In this document: positions 27,966-37,297 of the stretch, in pieces
Position numbering within the stretch: position 1 is the first letter of the stretch
Layout: each line of letters opens with the position of its first letter
DNA from: an uncultured delta proteobacterium
Lineage (GTDB): Bacteria > Myxococcota_A > Polyangia > Polyangiales > JAFGIB01
DNA length: 64,000 nt
NCBI GenBank assembly: GCA_963778655.1
Contig: CAVZVA010000005.1
Coordinates: 224,001 to 288,000 of the forward strand
Reading direction: 5' to 3'
Notes under the pieces: model-generated
What the model saw: only the letters and a program-made list of their open reading frames with translations
What the model was told of the DNA's origin: nothing
Database searches by the model: none
Program-made: the position numbers and the translations under genes

Positions 27966-29852
27966 ATGAAGCGTATCCCTTGGTTCAGGAAGCGAAAGAA
28001 GACCGCGCCCGAGATTCCGCTGCGGGCACCTTTGCCCGTGGGGCCGCTCTCCAACGGTGAGTTCTTCCATCCCGACAACGAGCGCAAGCAGTTGATCCGG
28101 CGCCTGGTGTTCGAGCACGCCGAGGTCATGGCGCGCAAGCACAACGTCGACCGCCGCGAGTTCCTGGCCAGCGCCGCGGGCATGGCGTCGACACTGGCGG
28201 CGATCAACTTCGTGAACGCGTGCAGCTCCGGGGGCGGCAGCATGGGCTCCTCGGGCGGCAGCCCCAAGATCAAGAGCAGCGGCGGCAGCGGTCAGGGCGG
28301 CTCGAGCGGCGGCGGCAGCACCGGCACGGGGAACGGCAGCGGCGCGGGCAAATCGGGCGGCGCGGGCAGCGGCTCGCCGATCGACGCGGGCGCGAGCATG
28401 GGTCCGTTCAAGATGGACGCCAGCGCAGTTCAGGATCCCGATGCGGCCGAGTGCGCGATCGGCCCATTGATGGGCACGGGTAAAGATCTGATCATTGACA
28501 TGCAGTCGCACTTCGTCAACGACCAGAGCGCCTATCTCACCAACCCACTGATCGGTTCCGCGTTCAACGGCTGGCTTGCAAACATCAAGAACCAGCTCAA
28601 TCAACCGGGCGCGGTGATCATGCCGGACTGGGGCAGCAGCTGCACCGGCAACGCCTGCTACAACCGCGACAACTACGTCCAGATGTTCTTCATGGACAGC
28701 GACACCACCGTGGGCGTGCTCTCCGGCATTCCCTACGTCGCCTGCGCGGGTCAGACCGGCGTCGCCAACTGCGACTTCGCGCCGCTGACCGACGAGGAGA
28801 TCCGCGACGCCAAGAAGTACCTGAACGACATGGTGCCCGGCCGCGTGCTCAGCCACGCGATGGTGATGCCCAACGATCGGCTTCAGGCGCAGCTGATGAT
28901 GATGGAGAAGATCGCTGCCGACTACGACATCAACAACTGGAAGTGCTACCCGGTCTGGGCGCCCAACATGAACGGCGGCTACTGGATGGATGACGAGATG
29001 ATCGGCATCCCGATGATCCAGAAGGGGATCGAGCTGGGGATCAACATCTTCTGCACGCACAAGGGCTTTCCGCTGCCGGGCTTCAGCCGTACCTACAGCG
29101 ACCCCAAGGACATGGGCGTGGTGGCCACGCGCTTCAACCGCAACTCGGAGGAAGGGCACGCGATCTTCGTGGTGTACCACTCGGCCTTCGAGCACGGCAT
29201 CCCGGGCACCAGCGGTCAGGGGACGCCGGACATCGAGGGGCCCTACGATCCCGACGACAAGTGGGAGCCCGACATGGCAGGCGCGCCTCCCAACTCGATG
29301 AAGTACCCGGTCACGCAGGGTGTGAGCAGTCTGATCAAGTCTGCGCTCGACAACGGCATCAAGCCCAACGACCCCGATAATCACCTTTACGCGGAGCTGG
29401 GCGGGGTGTGGCCGTCGCTGGCCGGCGGCGGGCGCATGACCGAGGCCGCGCACGTTCTCGGCAAGTTGCTGCAGTACATCGGCGAGGATCGCGTCGTATG
29501 GGGCACCGACTGCCTGTGGTTCGGCACGCCACGGCCGTTCATCGAGGCCTTCCGCGCGTTCGACATCCCGCAGGAGATGCAGGACAAGTACGGCTACCCA
29601 GCGCTGACGCCCGAGCGCAAGGCCAAGATCCTCGGGTACAACGCAGCCAGGTTGCAGGGCATCAGCTGCAACGTCAGCGACTATCCCGCGCTGCCGATGA
29701 AGGCTCAGCTCGACGGTGAGTGGGGCCAGCGGCGGTACATGATGGCGCCCACCCCCGGCCCGCGGACCCACCGCCAGTTCATGGACTTGGTGCGCGAGGA
29801 GCACCACGAGAAGTTGCGCTGGTCCGGCTACGGCACCTTCAAGCGCGGCTGA
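27966..29852 (+). CDS. Tat-exported lipoprotein, amidohydrolase-2 family
   Basis: DRREFL twin-arginine motif, FVNAC lipobox, G/S linker, IDMQSHF, KCYP, THKG, YH, WGTD. Confidence 0.82.
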   Translation: MKRIPWFRKRKKTAPEIPLRAPLPVGPLSNGEFFHPDNERKQLIRRLVFEHAEVMARKHNVDRREFLASAAGMASTLAAINFVNACSSGGGSMGSSGGSPKIKSSGGSGQGGSSGGGSTGTGNGSGAGKSGGAGSGSPIDAGASMGPFKMDASAVQDPDAAECAIGPLMGTGKDLIIDMQSHFVNDQSAYLTNPLIGSAFNGWLANIKNQLNQPGAVIMPDWGSSCTGNACYNRDNYVQMFFMDSDTTVGVLSGIPYVACAGQTGVANCDFAPLTDEEIRDAKKYLNDMVPGRVLSHAMVMPNDRLQAQLMMMEKIAADYDINNWKCYPVWAPNMNGGYWMDDEMIGIPMIQKGIELGINIFCTHKGFPLPGFSRTYSDPKDMGVVATRFNRNSEEGHAIFVVYHSAFEHGIPGTSGQGTPDIEGPYDPDDKWEPDMAGAPPNSMKYPVTQGVSSLIKSALDNGIKPNDPDNHLYAELGGVWPSLAGGGRMTEAAHVLGKLLQYIGEDRVVWGTDCLWFGTPRPFIEAFRAFDIPQEMQDKYGYPALTPERKAKILGYNAARLQGISCNVSDYPALPMKAQLDGEWGQRRYMMAPTPGPRTHRQFMDLVREEHHEKLRWSGYGTFKRG

Positions 29853-29912
29853 GCAGCGAGATGTCCGGGCGCGCGCGGCGCTGCGCGCGCGCCCGAGCTA
29901 TGCTGCGTCGGG

Positions 29913-32900
29913 ATGCGACGCCTTCCGGCTTGCCTGACGTGCGGGCTGCTCCTGGCGTGCAGCCCGGCGCCGCTGCGCCGGGCGCTCGGGGCAGCGCCCG
30001 TCAAGCCTGCGCGCGCCGGCGAGCGGCCGCTGGCCACGCGCAATGCCGAGCTCGGCGCGCTGATCGGCGCGGCCGCGGTGCGCGAGCCTGCGCCGGCCGG
30101 CTACGGGCTGAGCGGCGCGGGGGTCCAGGTCGGGGTGTGGGACGAGGGCGTCGCGCTCCCGAGCCACGTCGACCTTCGAGGCCGCGTGGTGCCGCGCGAT
30201 CTCGGAGGGCCGGGCGAGCACGCGACGCACACCACCGCCACGCTCGCGGGCAGCGGCGCGGGCCTGGCCGCGGCCCGCGGCATGGCGAGCGCCGCGCGGG
30301 TCTGGGCGTATGACTGGCTGCTCGACAGCAGCGAGATGGAGGACGCGGCCGCGGGCCTGAGCGTGGCCAGCAACGCCTACGGCCCGACCCTGGGCTGGTC
30401 GGTGGCACCCGCCTGCCCCGAGCATCCGATGTGGTGGGGCGGGCAGGACGCTCGCGAAGACCCGGCGTTCGGCCGCTACGGGGCGGACGCCGCCGCAGTG
30501 GACGCCCTGATCGCGCGCACCGACCTGCTGATGGTATGGCCGGCGGGCAACGAGCGTCTCGACAGCGGCGTGTCCGCAGGGCAGCCGCACTTTCACGCCG
30601 GCTCGTGCAGCGAGCTGTTCGAGGACGCGCACCTGCAGGAGCTCACGCTGCAATACCGCACGCTCGGCGGCGCGGCCGTGGCCAAGAACGCGCTCACCGT
30701 GGGCGCTGCGGTCGACGTGGCGCCGGACCAGCTGCGCCCCGAGCGCATCGTGGCCCTCGACATGAGCAGCTTCGGCCCGACCGACGACGGCCGCATCAAG
30801 CCGGAGCTGCTGGCTGGCGGCGAGGCGGTGCGCTCGGCTTCGGCCGAGAACGATCACGCCTACAGCACGTTGAGCGGCAGCTCGAGCGCCACTGCGGCCA
30901 CGGCGGGCGCGATCGCGCTGCTGACCGAGCTGTACCGCAGCACCCACGCGGGTAGCGATGCGCGCGCGGCAGAGATGCGGGCGCTGCTGGTGCAGAGCGC
31001 GCGCGAGGCCGGTGCGCCGGGACCGGACTACGGCCGCGGCTACGGCTTGCTCGACGCGCAGGCGGCAGCCGATCTGATCGCCGCCGACGGCGCGCGCGGC
31101 GGGCCGGCGCGGGCGTTGCAGGTGGCGGCGCTCGACGACAGCGGGCCGCAGACCTTTGTGACCGAGCGCGTCGAGCCCGGTACGCCGCTGCGCGTCACGC
31201 TGGCCTGGACTGATCCGCCGGCGCGTCCGAGCAGTGGCGCGCTCGACGATGCCATGCCGGCCCTGGTCAACGACCTCGACCTCGTGCTGATCGGGCCCGA
31301 CGGCACGACCGCGCGCCATCCGTGGTCGCTCGATCCGGCGCGGCCGGGCGCACCGGCCACGCGCGACGGTCCCAACCGCCGCGACAACCTCGAGGTCGTC
31401 GACGTGGATGCCGCGCAGAACCCCGAGGGCGGGTCCTTCAGCGTGCGCGTGGAGGCTCACGGCGCGCTGCTGCGCGGCCGGCCCCAGCCCTTCGCGCTCG
31501 CGTCGAGCGTGGCGCTCGCGCCGCCCGCGCAGCCTGTGCTCGCGGCGCCGCGCTACGTGCAGGTCGTGGCCGCCGCCGGCGACCCGCCCGCGCCGGCGCT
31601 GGCGCGGCTCGGCAACCGCGGCGGCGGCACGCTGCGCTTCACCGCCCGCTCGCTCAGCCCGTGGCTCGCGGTCAGCCCGCAGAGCGGCACTGCGCCGGCC
31701 ACGCTGATGTTGGAGGTCGACCCGGCCGTGCTCGACGCCGGCAGCGAGCTGCTCGGGCGCGTTGCGATCGACAGCGACGACGCCTCCGGTACGCGCGTGC
31801 TCGGTGTGATCGCGCGCCGCCAGTGCGCGCCCGATTGCAGCGGACGCAGCTGCGGGCCCGACCCGCGCTGCGGCCAGAGCTGCGGCGGCTGCAGCGCGGA
31901 GCAATACTGCAGCGACGGTCAGTGCACGCCGTGGGCCGCGAGTTGCCCGCAGGCCACGCTGGGCAGCGCGCTCGGGCTTGCGCTGGCGAGTGGCAGCGGC
32001 GCGCAGGCCGGCTCGCTGCAGGCCGGCAGCTGCGGCGGCGCGGGCGTTGGCGTGGCGGCGTCGTGGACGGCGCCCGCCGCGGGCCGTTACGCCTTCACCA
32101 CCCGCGGCTCGAGCTTCGACAGCGTGCTCTCGCTGCGCGACGGCGGCTGCAGCGACGTGGAGCTCGCGTGCAACGACGACTCGGGCGCGCTCAGCTCCGC
32201 GCTCGGGCTGCAGCTGGCACAGGGGCAGCAGGTCACCGCGCTGATCGACGGCCTGTCCGCGGGCAGCGATGCGCGCTTCGAGCTCGACATCGAGCGCGCG
32301 CCCTGTCCGAGCGTGGATCTGGGCTCGCGCCTGGGGCAAGGCGTGGCGCGCGGGTCGACCTACGGCGGCCTGGACCTGCTGGCCGGCAGCTGCGGCGGCA
32401 GCCGCAGCGAGGACGCGCGCTTCGCCTGGACCGCGCCCGCCGGCGGGCGCTATCGCTTCTCGCTGTTCGACCCGCGTTACCAGGCCGTGCTGTACGTGCG
32501 CGACGGCGATTGCGACGGCAGCGAGCTCGGCTGCACGGCCGCCGCCGACGTGGGGCCGCTCGAGCTGGCGCTTGCGGGCGGCCAGCGCGTCGCGGTGTTG
32601 GTAGACGGGCGCGACGGCCGCAGCGGCGCCTTCAGCCTCGACATCGTCGACGCTCAGGCCAGCTGCGGGGCGGCCTGCAACGCGCCGGCCGCGCCGGGCG
32701 CGTGCGCCTGCGACCCGGGCTGCGTGGCCGCGGGCGACTGCTGCGTGGATGCGTGCGAGACCTGCGGCGCCTGCCGCTGCCAGCGCGCATGCGGCGGCAT
32801 GCGCTGCGGCGACGACGGTTGCGGCGGCACCTGCGGGCAGTGCCCCGCGGGTCAGCGCTGCGACGCCGGTGCGTGCGTTGCCGACGCCTGCGCGGGAATC

Positions 32901-33404
32901 AGCTGCGACGCCTGTAGCCAGTGCGTGGACGGCCGCTGCACGCCGCTCGCCGAGGGCGCCGCGTGCGAGGACGGCGATCCGTGCACTGTGCTGGACGCCT
33001 GTCATGGCGGGCAATGTCAGGGAGAGGCGCGCGACTGTGACGACGGCTTCGCCTGCACGCGCGACCGCTGCGACCCGGGCAGCGGACAGTGCCGGCACAC
33101 CCGCGATCCGAGCTGCTGCGAGCCGCCCTGCGCCGATGCCGGCGCGGGCACCTGCGCGCCCGGCGCCGATGCCTGCATCGCACGCCTCGCCGACGCCGGC
33201 GTGCTCGGGGACGGCGGCGCGGCGCATCCGGGCGACGCAGGCCGCGCCTCGGCACGGCCGCGGGGTGGTGGCTGCGCTTGCCGCGCCGCCGCGGGTCCGG
33301 CGGCGCACGCGCGCGCGCCCTGGCTGCTGGCGCTGTGCGCGCTCGCGTTGACGTGGCGCCGGCGCCGGCCGCGCCGGCGTCCACTGCGCACCCGATCGCG
33401 CTGA
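29913..33404 (+). CDS. Large S8 subtilase with P/PPC-like, BACON-like and Cys-rich repeat domains and a MYXO-CTERM-like anchor
   Basis: WDEG (Asp), HATHTTAT (His), PAGNE (oxyanion Asn), DDGRIKPEL, SGSSSA (Ser), GYGLLD, LVNDLDL, CEDGDPCT repeats, GGGCAC...WLLAL..L.WRRRR. Confidence 0.87.
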   Translation: MRRLPACLTCGLLLACSPAPLRRALGAAPVKPARAGERPLATRNAELGALIGAAAVREPAPAGYGLSGAGVQVGVWDEGVALPSHVDLRGRVVPRDLGGPGEHATHTTATLAGSGAGLAAARGMASAARVWAYDWLLDSSEMEDAAAGLSVASNAYGPTLGWSVAPACPEHPMWWGGQDAREDPAFGRYGADAAAVDALIARTDLLMVWPAGNERLDSGVSAGQPHFHAGSCSELFEDAHLQELTLQYRTLGGAAVAKNALTVGAAVDVAPDQLRPERIVALDMSSFGPTDDGRIKPELLAGGEAVRSASAENDHAYSTLSGSSSATAATAGAIALLTELYRSTHAGSDARAAEMRALLVQSAREAGAPGPDYGRGYGLLDAQAAADLIAADGARGGPARALQVAALDDSGPQTFVTERVEPGTPLRVTLAWTDPPARPSSGALDDAMPALVNDLDLVLIGPDGTTARHPWSLDPARPGAPATRDGPNRRDNLEVVDVDAAQNPEGGSFSVRVEAHGALLRGRPQPFALASSVALAPPAQPVLAAPRYVQVVAAAGDPPAPALARLGNRGGGTLRFTARSLSPWLAVSPQSGTAPATLMLEVDPAVLDAGSELLGRVAIDSDDASGTRVLGVIARRQCAPDCSGRSCGPDPRCGQSCGGCSAEQYCSDGQCTPWAASCPQATLGSALGLALASGSGAQAGSLQAGSCGGAGVGVAASWTAPAAGRYAFTTRGSSFDSVLSLRDGGCSDVELACNDDSGALSSALGLQLAQGQQVTALIDGLSAGSDARFELDIERAPCPSVDLGSRLGQGVARGSTYGGLDLLAGSCGGSRSEDARFAWTAPAGGRYRFSLFDPRYQAVLYVRDGDCDGSELGCTAAADVGPLELALAGGQRVAVLVDGRDGRSGAFSLDIVDAQASCGAACNAPAAPGACACDPGCVAAGDCCVDACETCGACRCQRACGGMRCGDDGCGGTCGQCPAGQRCDAGACVADACAGISCDACSQCVDGRCTPLAEGAACEDGDPCTVLDACHGGQCQGEARDCDDGFACTRDRCDPGSGQCRHTRDPSCCEPPCADAGAGTCAPGADACIARLADAGVLGDGGAAHPGDAGRASARPRGGGCACRAAAGPAAHARAPWLLALCALALTWRRRRPRRRPLRTRSR

Positions 33405-33481
33405 CCTGAGCCACCTCGGTCGCGCCGCCTGCCGCCGCGCGCGCAGGTGACCGCCGGGGCGTTTCGCGCTACGTTCGCGCC

Positions 33482-33895
33482 ATGGCTGAGACGGTTTTTT
33501 CGCGCATCATCCGCGGCGAGCTGCCCTGCCACCGCGTCTACGAGGACACGGACGTGCTCGCGTTTCTCGACATCAACCCGCTGTGCGAGGGTCACACGCT
33601 GGTGATCCCCAAGGCTGAGGTGGAGACGCTTGATCAGCTCACGGACGAGCAGGCGGCGGCGATCGGGCGCGTGCTGCCGCGGATCAGCCGGGCCGTGCTC
33701 GCGGCCACCGGGACCCGCGAGTTCCACGTGGTGCAGAAGAACGGCCTGGAGGCCGGCCAGCTGGTGGCGCACGTGCACTTTCACATCATCCCGAGATACC
33801 CCGACGGACGCGGCCTGGGCCTGCGCTGGAAGCCGACCGCCCTCGATCCGGTGCGGGCGCAGCAGCTCGCGCGCGAGATCGCCGAGCGCTGCTGA
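33482..33895 (+). CDS. HIT family hydrolase
   Basis: TVFSRII, AFLDINP, GHTLVIPK, HVHFHIIP. Confidence 0.93.
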   Translation: MAETVFSRIIRGELPCHRVYEDTDVLAFLDINPLCEGHTLVIPKAEVETLDQLTDEQAAAIGRVLPRISRAVLAATGTREFHVVQKNGLEAGQLVAHVHFHIIPRYPDGRGLGLRWKPTALDPVRAQQLAREIAERC

Positions 33896-33921
33896 GGCGG
33901 CGCGCGCGCTTGCCGGCGCGC

Positions 33922-34500
33922 TCAGCGCACGTCCACTGCCAAGTGCTCGTGCAGCACGAAACCGCCCGCTTCGCGCACCAGCGCACCCTGATGGCTGCGG
34001 TAGACGCCACGGCGCAGGTCTTCGAGCAGCAGCTCCAGCACCTGGCGCACCACCGGAAATGCCAGCTGCGCCCACGGGATTTGCTCGGGGGCGAGCAGCT
34101 CGACCGCCTGGCTCTCGGGCCCGGGCGCGAAGCCTGGCGCTGCCAGCGCCGCGCGATACAGCACGTAGGCCTGCCCGATGTGCGGCACGTCGAAGTGCGC
34201 GTAAGGCGCGACGATGCGCACGGTCGCGCCGGCCTCCTCGTGCGTCTCGCGCGCCGCGCCCTGCATCGCGCTCTCGCCCAGCTCGAGGAATCCGGCCGGC
34301 AGCGTCCAGTAGCCCGCGCGCGGCGCGATCGCGCGCTTGCACAGCAGGATCCGCCCCTCGCTTTCCACGATGCAGCCGACGATCAGCCTAGGATTCTGAT
34401 AGTGGATCGCGCCGCAGGCGTCGCACACGTAGCGCTCGCGGTCCTCACCCGGGGGAACGCGCTTGTGCAGCGCGTGGCCGCATTGGCTGCAGTACTGCAT
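33922..34500 (-). CDS. NUDIX hydrolase with N-terminal zinc ribbon
   Basis: YCSQCG...C..CG.IHYQNP; GFLELGESAMQGAARETHEEAG Nudix box. Confidence 0.92.
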   Translation of the reverse strand: MQYCSQCGHALHKRVPPGEDRERYVCDACGAIHYQNPRLIVGCIVESEGRILLCKRAIAPRAGYWTLPAGFLELGESAMQGAARETHEEAGATVRIVAPYAHFDVPHIGQAYVLYRAALAAPGFAPGPESQAVELLAPEQIPWAQLAFPVVRQVLELLLEDLRRGVYRSHQGALVREAGGFVLHEHLAVDVR

Positions 34501-34507
34501 CGAGTCA

Positions 34508-34666
34508 GTGCTCTGACCGGGTGATTCTGATCGGACCTCGCGCCCGATCCGAGGCCGCCCGCGGCGTCGCTTTCCTCGAAAGGGGGGCTATCCTTCCTTC
34601 GTCAACCGACGCCCTGCTCGACATCGCCTCAGACGATCTCCGTTCACAATCACCCGGTCAGAGCAC
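34508..34666. mobile_element. MITE-like element with perfect 19-bp terminal inverted repeats
   Basis: gtgctctgaccgggtgatt (34508-34526) / aatcacccggtcagagcac (34648-34666); no coding capacity; palindromic interior. Confidence 0.7.
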
Positions 34667-34745
34667 CAGCCAGCTTACAACAAGAAGCGCACGCGCGCGT
34701 CGCTGTCTGCTGACGCGCGCACCCTCGCCCGTGCCCGCGCTGCGG

Positions 34746-35054
34746 TCAAGGCTGGCTCTTGGCCAGGCTCGCGCTCGCCGCGGGCTTCGGCTGGGTCGCC
34801 GGGATCTTGCTCATATAGATGCGGTTGCAGTGGGTGCCGAGCGTGGTGCGATCCTCGGCGCACACGTAGCTCGCTTCGAGCCCGCAGCCGGCCAGCCGGT
34901 ACACGCCCTCGGCCGCGTCGACGATCCGCGTCTGCTGGGCGGCGCAGGAAAAGTCGCGCGCCGCGCGCGTACGAACCTGCGTCCTCACGTCCGCGCAGGC
35001 CGCGAGCCCCGACACGATCCCCACACCCAACAAGGCTGCCGACCCTAGCTTCAC
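34746..35054 (-). CDS. Small Cys-containing lipoprotein
   Basis: GTG start, LAAC lipobox, RAARDFSC...GCG...YVC pattern. Confidence 0.65.
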   Translation of the reverse strand: MKLGSAALLGVGIVSGLAACADVRTQVRTRAARDFSCAAQQTRIVDAAEGVYRLAGCGLEASYVCAEDRTTLGTHCNRIYMSKIPATQPKPAASASLAKSQP

Positions 35055-35201
35055 GGCCGGGCCGCAGGCTACCACGTCACGCGGCCGACTCCAATCGGTG
35101 CTGTTTTCCCGCAAACTTGCGGCCCGACGCGCTCGGATGGTGCCCGAATCGACCGCTCGGCTCGCTTGCCTGAGTCCCCGAGCCGGCGGTACGAATCGGC
35201 C

Positions 35202-35579
35202 ATGAGTCGCGTGCTGGTCGTCGACGACAACCGCGAGCTCGCGGACGACTTGGCCGAGATCCTGGGGGGCGCCGGCCACCAGGCGCGCGCCGTCTACGGG
35301 GGCGCGGCCGCGCTCCAGCTCTCGCGCAATTTCGACTTCGACGTCGCGCTGGTGGATATTCGCATGCCTGATATGGACGGGGTCACCCTGGTCCAGCACC
35401 TGATGAACGTTCGGCCGAACGCGCACTACCTGTTCATGACCGGCGACAGCTCCGATCGCACCCTCTCCGAAGCGGCGGCCATGGGCCAGCGCGCCGTCCT
35501 GCTCAAGCCGCTCGACATCGATCGGCTGCTGCGTCTGGTGGCGGCCTGCGGCCGGAACAGAAACGGCGTGACCCCGTGA
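35202..35579 (+). CDS. Single-domain response regulator (CheY-like)
   Basis: VLVVDD, VDIRMP, MTG, LKP. Confidence 0.9.
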   Translation: MSRVLVVDDNRELADDLAEILGGAGHQARAVYGGAAALQLSRNFDFDVALVDIRMPDMDGVTLVQHLMNVRPNAHYLFMTGDSSDRTLSEAAAMGQRAVLLKPLDIDRLLRLVAACGRNRNGVTP

Positions 35580-36133
35580 TCGCCAGCAGTCGCGAGGCGG
35601 CGCCCGCGGGCGCCCGCCGCATGCTGATGCGCGCGGGTGCCCTGCTGGGGTACACGTGGCTGCTGGGCATCGCTGCTTGCAGCTCGGCCAGCTTCGTCCA
35701 GGGCGTGTACGACGATGGCACGGTGCGCTACCGCGTCGGCGTCCTGACCGGCGCCTGGCGCCGGGTTGACGTTAGCGACAACGACCTCGCGTTCTTCCAT
35801 CCGTCGCTCGGCACCATCAGCATCAACTCGACCTGCCGGGGATACGAGGACGTCCCCGAGCAGGCACTGATGAACCAGCTTCTGTTTGGGACGCGCGACC
35901 GCGTGTACCGGCTCGAGGAGACGGTCACCGTGGACGGCCGTGGCGCCCTTCACGACGTGGTAGACCTCACGCTCGACGGCGTTCCCCTGACGCTCGAGCT
36001 GTACGTGCTCAAGAAGGATGGCTGCGTCTATGACCTGAGCTGGATCTCGAGCCGCGCCGCCTTCGCTCGCGGACGAGCTGACTTCCAGGCCGTGGTGCGC
36101 AGCTTCGAGGTGTTGCGCACGCGCCTGGACTGA
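35576..36133 (+). CDS. Hypothetical lipoprotein
   Basis: IAAC lipobox, coupled to the upstream gene, KKDGCVYD motif. Confidence 0.65.
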   Translation: MIASSREAAPAGARRMLMRAGALLGYTWLLGIAACSSASFVQGVYDDGTVRYRVGVLTGAWRRVDVSDNDLAFFHPSLGTISINSTCRGYEDVPEQALMNQLLFGTRDRVYRLEETVTVDGRGALHDVVDLTLDGVPLTLELYVLKKDGCVYDLSWISSRAAFARGRADFQAVVRSFEVLRTRLD

Positions 36134-36195
36134 GGCGCGTCCCCGCGGCCTTGCGCCGCGCGGGTGCGGTGCTTATTTGACTCACGGAGGCCCAC

Positions 36196-36621
36196 ATGAT
36201 CGCCGAAGACATCATGACTCACAAACCACTGACGGTGACGGAGAAGGTCAGCATCGGTGAAGCGCTGGCGCTGCTCGGCGAGGCGGGGGTGCGCCACCTG
36301 CCGGTGGTGCGCGGCGGCGACGTCATCGGCATCCTGAGCGATCGCGACTTCAGCGGCCTCGGGATCGCGCTGGTCAATGATATCCGCAGCTACGACAGCT
36401 TCCGTAGCCGGCTCGCGCAGCCGGTCAGCACGCTGATGACCGGCGGGGTGGTCACGGTCGACCGCGATGCGGACGTGACCGAGATAGTAGACCTGATGCT
36501 GGAGGAAAAGCTGAGCGCAGTGCCCGTGGTCGAGAGCGGCACCCAAGAGCTGGCCGGCATCGTCAGCTACGTCGACGTGCTCAAGGTCGCCCAGCCCCTG
36601 CTCGAGGAGGAAGAGGACTAG
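36196..36621 (+). CDS. CBS-domain pair protein
   Basis: EDIMT, RHLPVV, GILSDRD, AVPVV, GIVSYVD; GGAGG RBS. Confidence 0.9.
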   Translation: MIAEDIMTHKPLTVTEKVSIGEALALLGEAGVRHLPVVRGGDVIGILSDRDFSGLGIALVNDIRSYDSFRSRLAQPVSTLMTGGVVTVDRDADVTEIVDLMLEEKLSAVPVVESGTQELAGIVSYVDVLKVAQPLLEEEED

Positions 36622-36708
36622 TTCCCGTCCAGAAATGGCGCTTGCGAGGATTCAACAGGAAGACGGGAAGGCGAGAAGAATAAGATAGTCGGGGCTTCCC
36701 GCCTTCCC
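36622..36708. repeat. Inverted-repeat element between convergent genes (possible bidirectional terminator)
   Basis: gggaaggcgagaag (36665-36678) / cttcccgccttccc (36695-36708), one mismatch. Confidence 0.5.
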
Positions 36709-36742
36709 ACCTTTCTGTGGGGATCGGCGCGATCGCGCGTGC

Positions 36743-37201
36743 TCAGCCGTCCTCGGGATCGATGGTCGTCACGTCGTCGCGCAGGATGTCGGCGCTGAGC
36801 ACTTCGCGCTCCTCGTGCTCCATGTCGGCGCGCAGCTCCGCGATCAGCTCGCGCAGCTTGGGCTCGAGCGCAGCCGGCGGGTGCGAGCTCAGCCTCTTCA
36901 GGCTCGGCTCGCTGAACTCCTCGCGTTGTTGCTCGTGGTGCTCCGAGAGCCGCTCGGCGCGCACCTCGCCCCACGCGTCCGCGTCGCGGAGGGCCGGTAG
37001 TAGCACCGAATCCTCGTGGTCGATGTGCGTGCGCAACTCGGCGTAGAGCGCCCGGGCCTGCTCCAGCGCGCGGGCGGCCACCTGCTCGGCTCCGCTGGCC
37101 ATGTGCTCCAGGATCTTTTCGAGCTCGTCCAGCCGCGCGCGCAGCGAACGGTGCTCGCGCAAGATGCGCTCTCGGACGCGGCTCGGCCGGATCGATGTCA
37201 T
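36743..37201 (-). CDS. Hemerythrin/HHE cation-binding domain protein
   Basis: EH..LR, HIDHED, EHHEQQ, DMEHEE. Confidence 0.8.
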   Translation of the reverse strand: MTSIRPSRVRERILREHRSLRARLDELEKILEHMASGAEQVAARALEQARALYAELRTHIDHEDSVLLPALRDADAWGEVRAERLSEHHEQQREEFSEPSLKRLSSHPPAALEPKLRELIAELRADMEHEEREVLSADILRDDVTTIDPEDG

Positions 37202-37297
37202 GGCACAGCGCCTCCCAGCACTGCGTTAGATAAGCGCAATTCTCGGCCCCGCCATCCCGAGGCCGTAGCCGTGCTCCTGCTCGCCCTCGTCTCCACC

